Position numbers and translations under genes: made by a program | Part shown: piece after piece, positions 1-8,467 of the stretch | Layout: the number at the start of each line of letters is the position of its first letter | How positions within the stretch are numbered: position 1 is the stretch's first letter | Source: Longimicrobiales bacterium | GTDB lineage: Bacteria; Gemmatimonadota; Gemmatimonadetes; Longimicrobiales; Gaopeijiaceae | Reading direction: 5' to 3' | NCBI GenBank assembly: GCA_041690395.1 | Contig: JAWLHJ010000003.1 | Location: 192,001-256,000, forward strand | Length of the DNA stretch: 64,000 nucleotides | Notes under the pieces: generated by a model | What the model was told of the DNA's origin: nothing | Databases searched by the model: none | The model's input: only the letters and a program-made list of their open reading frames with translations

Positions 1-1276
1 GGCTCGCCCCCAGCGCGAGGCCGGCGGCTCCGAGCCTGAGCCCGGAAAAGCCCAGCCGGTCGAGTGGCAGCATGAGCGCCACTCCGGCGAGCGTCGAAAC
101 CCCGACCCGGGCGTAGGCCACCCGGGCGGGGGTACGGGCGTCCCGCAACGCGTAGAAGGCGGAAGACAGGACCCGCGACGCCGCCGATGCCGGCAACCCG
201 AGCGCGTAGGCCGCGAGCACGGCCCAGGTCACGAGCGTCTCGGGCGTTCCGAAAGCACCGGTCTGGTAGAGCGCGGCGATGACCACGTCGCCCATGAACA
301 CATAGAGGATGGCCGACGGAATCAGGAAGTACGAGACGCGCCTGAGCGCACCCGCCACCCGGCCGCCCAGCACCTGCTCCGCCTCACCCCGCATGCGCGA
401 CAGCTCGGGGAGCTCCGAGGCCGCCACGCTCATCCCGAAGAGCGAGATGGGGAGCACGTAGAACGTCTGCGCGTACCCGAGGACAGCGACCGCCCCGGAC
501 GCCAGGCGGCCCGCCAGGATCAGGTCGATCCAACCGCTCAGGTTGACGACGCCTCGCGCCGCCACGACAGGCACGAAGTTGGTCACGGCTTCGCGCACCC
601 CCGGTACCGACGGGTCGACCGAGATCGCCAGCCCACGCACGTGGCGCAGGAGGAAGGGCACCTGCCAGGCGAGCTGCAACACTCCCCCGACCAGGGCGCC
701 CCACGCCAGCGCGACCACCAGCCTCCCGTCCTCGAGGCCCAGCCAGAACGCCCCGCCCGCCATGGCCGCGATCATGGCCACGTTCCAGAAGGCCGGCGCG
801 ACATACGACACGAAGAAGCGCCGATGGCTGTTCAGTATGCCGAGCGCCCACGCCGAGAGGACCAGGATGCCCGTCATCGGGAAGAGGATCCGGATGAGCG
901 TGACCGTGAGGGCCTGCTTTCCGGGATCCCACGTGGGGAAGAAGAGGTCGACGAGCCATGGCGCCACGGCCCAGCCGATGAGCACCACCGTCGCGGCCAC
1001 CACGGTCAGGATGCCGAGCGCGGCCCCGGCGAACCGACCCGCCTCTTCCTCGCGCCCCTGCTCGAGGAGCTCGGCGTAGACGGGCACCAGCGACGCCGAG
1101 AGCGTGCCTTCGCCGAGCAGGTTCTGCACGACGTTCGGGGTGCGCAGCGCCGCGCGCCACGCGTCCGCGTAGTCGCTCGAGCCGAAGAAGTAAGCGAACA
1201 CCCGGTCCCTCACGAGACCGAGTACCCGGCTCACCAGGATGCCACCGCCGACCCTCGTGGCGCCACGCCCGCTCAC
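1..1276 (-). CDS. murJ: Lipid II flippase MurJ (MviN), 3' end beyond window edge
   Basis: Manual translation from GTG at 1276 (AGGAGG upstream): MSGRGATRVGGGILVSRVLGLVRDRVFAYFFGSSDYADAWRAALRTPNVVQNLLGEGTLSASLVPVY, the MurJ N-terminal signature; multiple TM segments. Absent from the ORF track because it has no stop in the window. Confidence 0.93.
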   Translation of the reverse strand, partial: MSGRGATRVGGGILVSRVLGLVRDRVFAYFFGSSDYADAWRAALRTPNVVQNLLGEGTLSASLVPVYAELLEQGREEEAGRFAGAALGILTVVAATVVLIGWAVAPWLVDLFFPTWDPGKQALTVTLIRILFPMTGILVLSAWALGILNSHRRFFVSYVAPAFWNVAMIAAMAGGAFWLGLEDGRLVVALAWGALVGGVLQLAWQVPFLLRHVRGLAISVDPSVPGVREAVTNFVPVVAARGVVNLSGWIDLILAGRLASGAVAVLGYAQTFYVLPISLFGMSVAASELPELSRMRGEAEQVLGGRVAGALRRVSYFLIPSAILYVFMGDVVIAALYQTGAFGTPETLVTWAVLAAYALGLPASAASRVLSSAFYALRDARTPARVAYARVGVSTLAGVALMLPLDRLGFSGLRLGAAGLALGAS

Positions 1277-1298
1277 GCTGGGGTCGCCCTCCTGGTGG

Positions 1299-1583
1299 CT
1301 ACGCTCCCTGGTCACCGGCGGGGAGACGCTTGCCCTCGTCGGGATCACGCTCCTCGATAAGCTTCTGCAGGAAGCGGCCTTCCTCGTCCAGCCGCTCCAC
1401 CTCCGCCGCCAGCCGCTCGACCTCCGACTCCAGGAACGCCAGCCGCTCGACGTTCACGTCCTGGCCACCCGTGAGGCCCTTCCCTTCCAACCGGGAGGCG
1501 AGCGCCCGCCCCACCTGCGAATCGAGCACGATCGCGAGGAGCGGGATCAGGACGACGAGGACGAGGATCAGCTGCAGGAACAT
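1299..1583 (-). CDS. Small membrane-anchored coiled-coil hypothetical protein (94 aa)
   Basis: N-terminal hydrophobic helix (MFLQLILVLVVLIPLLAIVL) then heptad-like ERLAFLESEVERLAAEVERLDEE; fills the bshC-murJ gap on the same strand. Confidence 0.75.
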   Translation of the reverse strand: MFLQLILVLVVLIPLLAIVLDSQVGRALASRLEGKGLTGGQDVNVERLAFLESEVERLAAEVERLDEEGRFLQKLIEERDPDEGKRLPAGDQGA

Positions 1584-1618
1584 GCGCCGAAGTTGACGAC
1601 GTGGCGTGGCGAAGACAA

Positions 1619-3241
1619 CTACAGCTCCACGTCGAAGCGCTCGTACAGCGCGTCGAGGTAGCCTTCGCCGTAGCGGGCGAGGAAGTAGAACACGTTGTGC
1701 ACGCGCTCGGCGGGCTTCCCGTCCGGATAGAGGTGGATGCGCGCCTTCTCGAGCTGGGACAGGGCGATCTCGGACTCGCGCTTGACGGCCTGCGCGATCT
1801 TTCGTTCGAGGTCGTCGAGCGCGGCGAAAGCCTGGCTCCGCACGTGCTGGACCGGTCCCTTCAGCGTCGGATCGACGGTCGCTGTGACCGACTGCAACTC
1901 GGAGACACCCTGCGCGATGGTTCCCCGCAGCTTGCCGAGCGCCGAGCGCACTTCCTTGGGGGTCTCCTCCTGGGCGATCTCCGATGCGAGCTCGTGGAAC
2001 GGCTGCTGGAGACGCGACATGTCCAGGTCGAACTTGTCGAGCACCTTACGCACCTTCGACTCCACCGTGGTCGCGGCCCAACGGGGGAAGACGACCGGCA
2101 TGCCGATGCCGTGCGCCGCGAAGTACGCGCCGAGCTGCCCGAAGTAGGCCATCTCCCCGGGGCCGCCCACGTAGGCGAGCGTCGGGAAGACGGCGCTCTC
2201 GACGACCGGGCGCAGCAGCACGTTGGGGCTCAGCACCCTGGGATCGGCCTCGAAGCGGTCCCGGATCGCCGCCTCGTCGACCGATTCACCCGACGTCCGG
2301 AGCCGGAAGCCACCGTCCTCGCGGTACAGGCGCTCCCTTCCCGCCGAACCCTCGAGGAAGAGATTGACCCCACCTTCCATGATAGGGACCTGGAGCCCGT
2401 GACCGAGCCCTTCCAGCGTCGCGGCGGTCTCTCGCAGCACGCCCTCGAGCTCCTCCGCGCGGCCGAGCTCTTCCAACATCAGCGACGCGGAAGCCTCCTT
2501 TACCGTCGGATCGGCCGCGTCGGTGAGATACAGACCGAAGCGGCCCAGGAGGGCCCGCATGACCGCGTGGTATCCCCGGGGCAGCGTAGATCCCTCCGCG
2601 AAGCTCGTGCGCAGGAGGGCGACGAGGTCGGGGGTGAAGTCCGTCTCGGGAAGGGACCCTACGAAGTCGTCGACCGCATCGCCCACCGCGTGGTCCAGCG
2701 GGATTCTGTGCAGCGGCGGAGACCGGTCCGGTTCGGGGTGTGGGAGCTCGAAGCGGTGGAGCTCGTTGTCCACGCCCACGATGTCGGCATGGTTCGCCTC
2801 GGCCCAGTCATGGTCGTCCGAAGCGATCCAGAAGAGCGGAAGGACGGGCCGCTCCAGACGTCTCTCGAGCTCCTCGGCCAAGCGAACCGCCGTCAGCGCC
2901 TTGTGGATCCCGTACAGCGGGCCCCCGAAGAGCCCTGGCTGCTGCCCGGTCGTCACCAGCAGTCCCCCCTGCTCGACCCAGCGCGAGAGCCGATCCGGGT
3001 CGGCCCCCTCCGGCGCGACCATCGCGCGGGCGGCCTTCTCACGGGCCTCCCGGTCGAAACGGCCGTCGACCTCGGCGGCCTTCTCCTCGAACCGGGCGAG
3101 GGTGCGGAAGCCGCCCCCGTAGAGCGCTTCGGCCTCGGGGTCTCCCTCGAGGTAAGCGCGTACCAGGGGGGCTCCCTGGGGTCGGGTCACGTGGATCTCG
3201 AGATCCGGTACGGGCGCGTCGGGGCGCCGGCGCTGGTCCAT
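1619..3241 (-). CDS. bshC: Bacillithiol biosynthesis cysteine-adding enzyme BshC
   Basis: Motifs VTTGQQPGLFGGPLYGIHK, FWIASDDHDWAE, SPNVLLRPV, AYVGGPGEMAYFGQL, P..KPAERV. ATG at 3241 lies just after the rlmH stop. Confidence 0.93.
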   Translation of the reverse strand: MDQRRRPDAPVPDLEIHVTRPQGAPLVRAYLEGDPEAEALYGGGFRTLARFEEKAAEVDGRFDREAREKAARAMVAPEGADPDRLSRWVEQGGLLVTTGQQPGLFGGPLYGIHKALTAVRLAEELERRLERPVLPLFWIASDDHDWAEANHADIVGVDNELHRFELPHPEPDRSPPLHRIPLDHAVGDAVDDFVGSLPETDFTPDLVALLRTSFAEGSTLPRGYHAVMRALLGRFGLYLTDAADPTVKEASASLMLEELGRAEELEGVLRETAATLEGLGHGLQVPIMEGGVNLFLEGSAGRERLYREDGGFRLRTSGESVDEAAIRDRFEADPRVLSPNVLLRPVVESAVFPTLAYVGGPGEMAYFGQLGAYFAAHGIGMPVVFPRWAATTVESKVRKVLDKFDLDMSRLQQPFHELASEIAQEETPKEVRSALGKLRGTIAQGVSELQSVTATVDPTLKGPVQHVRSQAFAALDDLERKIAQAVKRESEIALSQLEKARIHLYPDGKPAERVHNVFYFLARYGEGYLDALYERFDVEL

Positions 3242-3245
3242 GACT

Positions 3246-3716
3246 TCAGCCTTTGTGGTAGGGCTCTCCCCGGGCAATGGTCCCCGCCCGGTAGAGTTGT
3301 TCGGCAAGGAAGAGTCTCGCCATGTCGTGGGGGAAAGTCATGGGCGAGAGCGAGAGACGACGATCGGCCCGATCGAGGACCGCCGGGGCGAGGCCGAACG
3401 CGCCCCCGATCACGAAGGCGACCCCGGGATGGGCGCTCACCGCCCGCTGCTGCAGGTACCGGCTCAGCGTGGCCGATCGCATGCCCTTCCCTTCGCGGGT
3501 GAGCGCGACCAGATCGAGACCGTCGGGAACCCGGGCGAGGATCCGCTCCCCCTCGGCCTCCTTCACCCGTTCCGGGTCGGGGTCCCCCCCCTTCACGCCC
3601 TCGGCCACCTCGGCGACCTCGAGCTTCCAGTAGCGCGCGGCCCGCTCCTCGTAGTCCACGATGGCGCCGGTCAGCGCACCGCGGCTCCGTCCCACGGCGA
3701 TCACCAGGATCCTCAT
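3246..3716 (-). CDS. rlmH: 23S rRNA (pseudouridine-1915-N3)-methyltransferase RlmH
   Basis: MRILVIAVGR...FVIGGAFGL...LSLSPMTFPHDMARLFLAEQLYRAGTIARGEPYHK (SPOUT, RlmH signature); ATGA overlap with the lpxK stop. Confidence 0.95.
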   Translation of the reverse strand: MRILVIAVGRSRGALTGAIVDYEERAARYWKLEVAEVAEGVKGGDPDPERVKEAEGERILARVPDGLDLVALTREGKGMRSATLSRYLQQRAVSAHPGVAFVIGGAFGLAPAVLDRADRRLSLSPMTFPHDMARLFLAEQLYRAGTIARGEPYHKG

Positions 3717-4735
3717 CGTGAGGAGCTCGTGACGCGACGGGCCACGGCCGCGATGGCGGCGCGAACCTCCACCTCGCCCCTGTCCCAAAGGACCCGGGAC
3801 GAGAGGATGCGCGTATCCGACGGAGTGGCGGACAGCCGCTCGAGCTTCACGGCGTCCTTCTCGGTCGCGACGACGGTTCGTCCGGGCGCCGCGCGGACGG
3901 CGCGGCGAACATCCTGCTCGGAGTAAACATGGTGGTCCGGGAACGCATGGAGGACGACGTCGGTTCCCGGGAGCGCCTCGCGCACGGCCTCCAGGAAGCC
4001 GTCCGGGCGCGCGACCGAAGCGAGCGCCAGGAGCGGTCCTTCGGGCGGTGACGCTTGGAGCCCATACACGTCGAGCCATCGGTCGGGGCAGAGCGTCGCG
4101 CACGCGGTCACGCAGGTGGGTGCGAGGCGGGCCACCTCATTCTGGTGGGCCCGCACCCACTCGTCGTCCGCGGTGCGACGTGTGATCACCACGACGTCCG
4201 CCCTCGACAGAGACGCCGGCGGCTCACGGTAACGTCCGCGCGGCATGAGACGACCCGGGAAAGGGTGCTCGGCCGCGAGAAGGACCACGTCCAGGTCTCG
4301 GGGGGCCCGTCGGTGCTGGAACCCGTCGTCCAGGACCGCCACGACCGCGCCCCCGGCACGTGCCTCGCGCAGCAGCGCTCTCCGGTCCCGGCCCGCGAGG
4401 ACGGGCACTTCGGGGTGCCACCTGCGGTGCATGAGAACCTCGTCCTCACCGTATCCGCTCAGCACGACCGCGCAGGGGACGGATGCTTCGCCGAGCACGT
4501 CGACGACCCAGCGCGCCATGGGCGTCTTGCCGGTCCCGCCCACCGCGAGGTTTCCCACGGAGATCACGCCCAGTCCGGGCACCGGGTCGGGTGGGCGCCG
4601 GTCGTGCCGAAGGTTGCGGGCGGCGGTCACCCCAGCCCAGATCCAGGAGAGCGGCGTCGTGACGAGCGTGACCAGGGCGGGTCCGAGCCCCCCTTTCCCG
4701 TCCCAGGACGAGCGGACCACCGACTCGAGCGTCAC
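3713..4735 (-). CDS. lpxK: Tetraacyldisaccharide 4'-kinase LpxK
   Basis: VISVGNLAVGGTGKTP, VLDDGFQHRR, FPDHHVY, TEKDAVKL. GTG at 4735 overlaps the upstream stop (GTGA); alternative ATG at 4759. Confidence 0.93.
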   Translation of the reverse strand: MTLESVVRSSWDGKGGLGPALVTLVTTPLSWIWAGVTAARNLRHDRRPPDPVPGLGVISVGNLAVGGTGKTPMARWVVDVLGEASVPCAVVLSGYGEDEVLMHRRWHPEVPVLAGRDRRALLREARAGGAVVAVLDDGFQHRRAPRDLDVVLLAAEHPFPGRLMPRGRYREPPASLSRADVVVITRRTADDEWVRAHQNEVARLAPTCVTACATLCPDRWLDVYGLQASPPEGPLLALASVARPDGFLEAVREALPGTDVVLHAFPDHHVYSEQDVRRAVRAAPGRTVVATEKDAVKLERLSATPSDTRILSSRVLWDRGEVEVRAAIAAVARRVTSSSR

Positions 4736-5397
4736 CGGGGCCGTTCCCGCCTGGGCCATCCGCTCGGGTTGAGCCGCTCGGTGCACGCGTTGAGGTCCGC
4801 GCCGATCTCCCCGGCCATCTGCTCGAGCGTCCCCCGGTCCGCGTCCCGGGGGACGAATCGCGGCGCCAGGTATTCGACGGTGATCCGGGACAGCGGCCTG
4901 GGCACCAGAAAGCCGTCCCAGCTGTCGAAGTGCCAGCCTGACGATGCGCCGGCCGCGACCGGGATGACGGGCGCCCCGGTCATCTGGGCGACCGCGAGCG
5001 CGCCGGGCTTGAACACCCCGTGGGGGCCTCTCGGCCCGTCGGGCGTGATCGCGAGGTCCCGACCTTCCCTGCCCGCACGCACCAGTCCCTTCAGGCCCTT
5101 GGTGCCGCCCCGCGTGCTCGACCCGCGCACGGTGCCGAACCCGTTGCGGTGGAGGAGGCGGGTCACGTATTCGCCGTCTCCGTGCTCGCTGACGAGCACC
5201 ACGACGCCCTCGCCGCGATGGGCGTGGATGAGTGGCAGCAGCTGCCCATGCCAGCACGCGAACACGACGGGGCGACCCTGCGACCGGAACCCCTGGAGAT
5301 GCTCGTGGCCGACGCGTCGCTCCCGTGTGGTCAGGAACAACCCGCCGACGAGGCCGCTCCCGAGCACGCCCGCGGCGTCGTACTTCAGCTCGCTCAT
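4732..5397 (-). CDS. DUF374 lysophospholipid acyltransferase family protein (LpxJ-like late acyltransferase candidate)
   Basis: CWHGQL, LVSEHGDGE, TVRGSSTRGG, ITPDGPRGP, FDSWDGFLVPRP motifs; located between lpxB and lpxK. Confidence 0.85.
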   Translation of the reverse strand: MSELKYDAAGVLGSGLVGGLFLTTRERRVGHEHLQGFRSQGRPVVFACWHGQLLPLIHAHRGEGVVVLVSEHGDGEYVTRLLHRNGFGTVRGSSTRGGTKGLKGLVRAGREGRDLAITPDGPRGPHGVFKPGALAVAQMTGAPVIPVAAGASSGWHFDSWDGFLVPRPLSRITVEYLAPRFVPRDADRGTLEQMAGEIGADLNACTERLNPSGWPRRERPR

Positions 5398-6533
5398 CGC
5401 CGCTCTTCCAGAAGATCGACCGCCAGGTCGGCGACCCGGCCGGCCGCTCCCGGCGAGCCCAGGGCCTCGCGCACGCCGGCCAGCCCCTCCAGCTGACGAG
5501 TGCGAGCAGGGCCCGCCTCGTCGAGGAGGGGAGCGAGCGCGTCCGCGAGCGCCTCGGGGGTCACCTGGTCCTGCAGGAGCTCGGGCACGACCCTCTTCCC
5601 CGCCACGAGGTTGGCCAGGGCCACGTGATCAACCTGGATCACGCGCTTCGCGATCTCCCAGGTGACGCGGCTGGTTCGGTACGCCATGACGAACGGAGTC
5701 CCCTCCAGGGCGGCCTCCAGCGTCGATGTGCCGGACTTCACGACCGCGGCCCGGCTGTGACGCAGCAAGGCGCGGGAGTCGTCGACCATGGGCAGGTCGC
5801 TCGCGTCGTACAGGCTCGCGGGCACGCTCGATCCGCGCGCGACGACGGGCTGCACGTCGTGCCCCCGTTCGCGGATCAGCCGCGCCGCACCCAGGAACGC
5901 ATCCAGATGGCGCTCCACCTCCTGCGCCCTCGAGCCGGGCAGCAGGGCCAGCAGCGGGCGGTCGCCGACACTCCACCGGCGCCTGAAGGTGGCGGCGTCC
6001 GCGACGTCGTCCGGGCGTTCCAGCAGCGGGTGGCCGACGAACGTCGCGCGCGCGCCGGCCGCCCTCAGCATCTCCTCCTCGAACGGGAGGATCACCGCGA
6101 CGTGACGCGTGGTCTCGGCGAGCTTGCGCGCCCTGCCCGCACGCCACGCCCAGACCTGGGGGGCGATGTAATAGAGCACCGGAATGCCGCGGCCGTGGGC
6201 GTGCCGGGCCATCCGCATGTTGAAGCCCGGGTAGTCGATCGGGATGACGAGATCGATCGCCTCACGCTCGAGATGATCCCTGACCCGGCGCTCGAGCCGG
6301 CGGAAGAATCCCAGCCGCCGGACGACCTCGGCGAATCCCATGACGGCCAGATCGTCCAGGCCGGCCAGCAGCTCGACGCCTTCGGCCGCCATGAGCGGCC
6401 CCCCGAGACCACTGAGACGGACTCCGGGGAGGCGATCCTTCAGGGCCCCCGCCAGGGCCGCGCCATGATGATCTCCGGAGGGCTCGCCGGCCAGCAGCGC
6501 GATGTGCGGCCCTCCACGGCCGCGCTCGCTCAG
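5394..6533 (-). CDS. lpxB: Lipid-A-disaccharide synthase LpxB (start uncertain: CTG at 6533 or GTG at 6626)
   Basis: AGEPSGDHHG, IDYPGFN, YYIAPQVWAWR, ILPFEE, FVGHPL, LLPGSRAQE, KSGTSTLE, VPELLQ. Confidence 0.93.
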   Translation of the reverse strand: MSERGRGGPHIALLAGEPSGDHHGAALAGALKDRLPGVRLSGLGGPLMAAEGVELLAGLDDLAVMGFAEVVRRLGFFRRLERRVRDHLEREAIDLVIPIDYPGFNMRMARHAHGRGIPVLYYIAPQVWAWRAGRARKLAETTRHVAVILPFEEEMLRAAGARATFVGHPLLERPDDVADAATFRRRWSVGDRPLLALLPGSRAQEVERHLDAFLGAARLIRERGHDVQPVVARGSSVPASLYDASDLPMVDDSRALLRHSRAAVVKSGTSTLEAALEGTPFVMAYRTSRVTWEIAKRVIQVDHVALANLVAGKRVVPELLQDQVTPEALADALAPLLDEAGPARTRQLEGLAGVREALGSPGAAGRVADLAVDLLEERR

Positions 6534-6664
6534 AAGCGCGTGCTCAGGAACCAGATCACGAGCCCGGTGACGAACAGGAGCATCAGGAGCCGTCCGGGCG
6601 GCATCCCCTTGCGGGCCTCGATCCACTCCTTCTTCCGTTTACGGCGTGCGCGCAACAACGACAT
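6530..6664 (-). CDS. 44-aa single-pass membrane microprotein (below the ORF-track cutoff)
   Basis: Manual translation MSLLRARRKRKKEWIEARKGMPPGRLLMLLFVTGLVIWFLSTRF*; ATG with upstream AGGA/GAGG; basic N-terminus plus C-terminal TM helix; its TGA overlaps an in-frame lpxB CTG. Confidence 0.65.
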   Translation of the reverse strand: MSLLRARRKRKKEWIEARKGMPPGRLLMLLFVTGLVIWFLSTRF

Positions 6665-7640
6665 GAGCCTCGATCCTTTCCTGAATGGTCAGGGTCACCG
6701 CCAGGGCGTCCCGGCCTTCCTGGCCGGATACCGCGGGCGCTCTGCGTCCGCCGACGGCGTCGCGGAAGCTTTCGAGTTCCCGCGCCAGCGGCTCGCGGTC
6801 GTCGCCGACCAGCGGGATCCGCTCCACGATCTCGCCCAGGTTCTCGGCCCGGATGCCCGTGGTCACCCCGGCCGGAGAGAGCCCCGGCAGCGAATCCCGG
6901 AGTCGCAGGAACTCCCCGGACCCGTTCGCGAGGTCCAGGCTGACGTATCCGGATCGCTGGAAGATCCGGAGCTTCCGCATCCGCTCCAGCGAGACGCGGC
7001 TCGCCGTGAGGTTGGCCACGGCCCCGCCCTCGAACGTGAGGCGGGCGTTGGCGATGTCCACGTTGCCCGAGAGCACCGGAACACCCACGGCGGCGATCTC
7101 CACGATGGGCTTACCCACAAGGCGCATGACCAGGTCCACGTCATGGATCATCAGGTCGAGGACGACCGCCACGTCGGTGCTGCGTGGCGAGAACGGCGCC
7201 ATGCGGTGCGATTCGATGAAGATCGGCGCATCGATGTACTGCGCGGCAGCCACGACCACCGGGTTGAAGCGCTCGACGTGACCCACCTGGAGAAGGACGC
7301 CTGCGCTCCGGGCGGCCTCCAGGATGCCGTCCGCCTCCTCGAGGGTCGCCGCGAGCGGCTTCTCCACGAACGCGTGTACCCCGCGCTCGAGCGCAGCCCG
7401 GGCCACCGATTCGTGGGCGGACGTCGGTACGGCGACGACGATCGCGTCGGAGGCCTCGATCAACGCCTCGAGCGACGGGTGGACCGCAACGTCGAACTCG
7501 CCGGCCACCTGCGCCGCGCGCTCCGCGTCGGTATCGAACACCCCCGACGCATCGACGCCGGACATCCCGGCCAAGAGGCGAGCGTGGTGGTATCCCAGCG
7601 ATCCGACCCCCGCCACCCCGATCCGCGGAGCGGTCTGCAA
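6639..7640 (-). CDS. Gfo/Idh/MocA oxidoreductase, GnnA-like UDP-GlcNAc 3-dehydrogenase candidate
   Basis: GVGSLG Rossmann motif, VEKPLA, VGHVERFNP, LDLMIHDVD, ANLTASRVS; located between lpxA and lpxB. Confidence 0.85.
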   Translation of the reverse strand: MQTAPRIGVAGVGSLGYHHARLLAGMSGVDASGVFDTDAERAAQVAGEFDVAVHPSLEALIEASDAIVVAVPTSAHESVARAALERGVHAFVEKPLAATLEEADGILEAARSAGVLLQVGHVERFNPVVVAAAQYIDAPIFIESHRMAPFSPRSTDVAVVLDLMIHDVDLVMRLVGKPIVEIAAVGVPVLSGNVDIANARLTFEGGAVANLTASRVSLERMRKLRIFQRSGYVSLDLANGSGEFLRLRDSLPGLSPAGVTTGIRAENLGEIVERIPLVGDDREPLARELESFRDAVGGRRAPAVSGQEGRDALAVTLTIQERIEAHVVVARTP

Positions 7641-7663
7641 GGGTGCGCGGCTTCCCGGGGCGG

Positions 7664-8467
7664 TCAGAGCGTGACGCCCCGCTCACTTGCCCGAATGAAC
7701 GACAGCAGGTGCCGCACCTCGGGAATCCCGTCCACCTCTTCCTCCGCCTTCGTAAGGGCCCGCGTGAGCCCGAGGCTCGACTGGAAGAGCGTGCGGTACG
7801 TCTGCTTCAGCGCCTTACGGACCTCGTCGGTGAAGCCCCGACGCTCGAGCCCGACCGAGTTCAAGCCGAACAGCTTGGGCGGGTTGCCGGCGGCCCTGCA
7901 GTAGGGCGGGACGTCCTGCGAGATGCGGGAGCCGCCACCCACGAACGCGTGGGCGCCGATCCGCACGAACTGGTGAATCGGCGTGAGGCCGCCGACGATC
8001 ACCCAGTCCTCGATCATCACGTGCCCCGCCATGTTCACGGAGTTCGCGATGACCACGTGGCTCCCCAGCTCACAGTCGTGCGCGACGTGCGCGTAGGCCA
8101 TGAGCAGGCAGTCGCTTCCCACCACCGTTCGACCGGAGGCAGACGTCCCGCGATTGAGCGTCGCGAACTCGCGGATGACCGTCCGGTCGCCGATCTCGAG
8201 GACCGTTCGCTCCCCCTGGAACTTGAGGTCCTGCGGGTCGGTGCCCAGAACCGCGCCGTTCGCGATCCGGCAGTCCTCGCCGAGCGTAGTGTCACGCTCG
8301 ATGGTGACCCGGGGGCCGATCTGCGTGCCGTCCCCGACGCGGACGCGGGGGCCGAGAATGGCCCATGGGCCCACGACGACGCCCTCGCCGAGCTCTGCCT
8401 CGGAGTCCACGATCGCCGTGGGATGGATGCGCGTCTCGCCACGGGTGCCGACGGTGGTGTTGGTCAT
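7664..8467 (-). CDS. lpxA: UDP-N-acetylglucosamine O-acyltransferase LpxA
   Basis: IHPTAIV, hexapeptide repeats, PQDLKFQGE, IREFATLNRGT, HVAHDC, HQFVRIG, QDVPPY, GLNSVGLERRGF. Confidence 0.96.
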   Translation of the reverse strand: MTNTTVGTRGETRIHPTAIVDSEAELGEGVVVGPWAILGPRVRVGDGTQIGPRVTIERDTTLGEDCRIANGAVLGTDPQDLKFQGERTVLEIGDRTVIREFATLNRGTSASGRTVVGSDCLLMAYAHVAHDCELGSHVVIANSVNMAGHVMIEDWVIVGGLTPIHQFVRIGAHAFVGGGSRISQDVPPYCRAAGNPPKLFGLNSVGLERRGFTDEVRKALKQTYRTLFQSSLGLTRALTKAEEEVDGIPEVRHLLSFIRASERGVTL

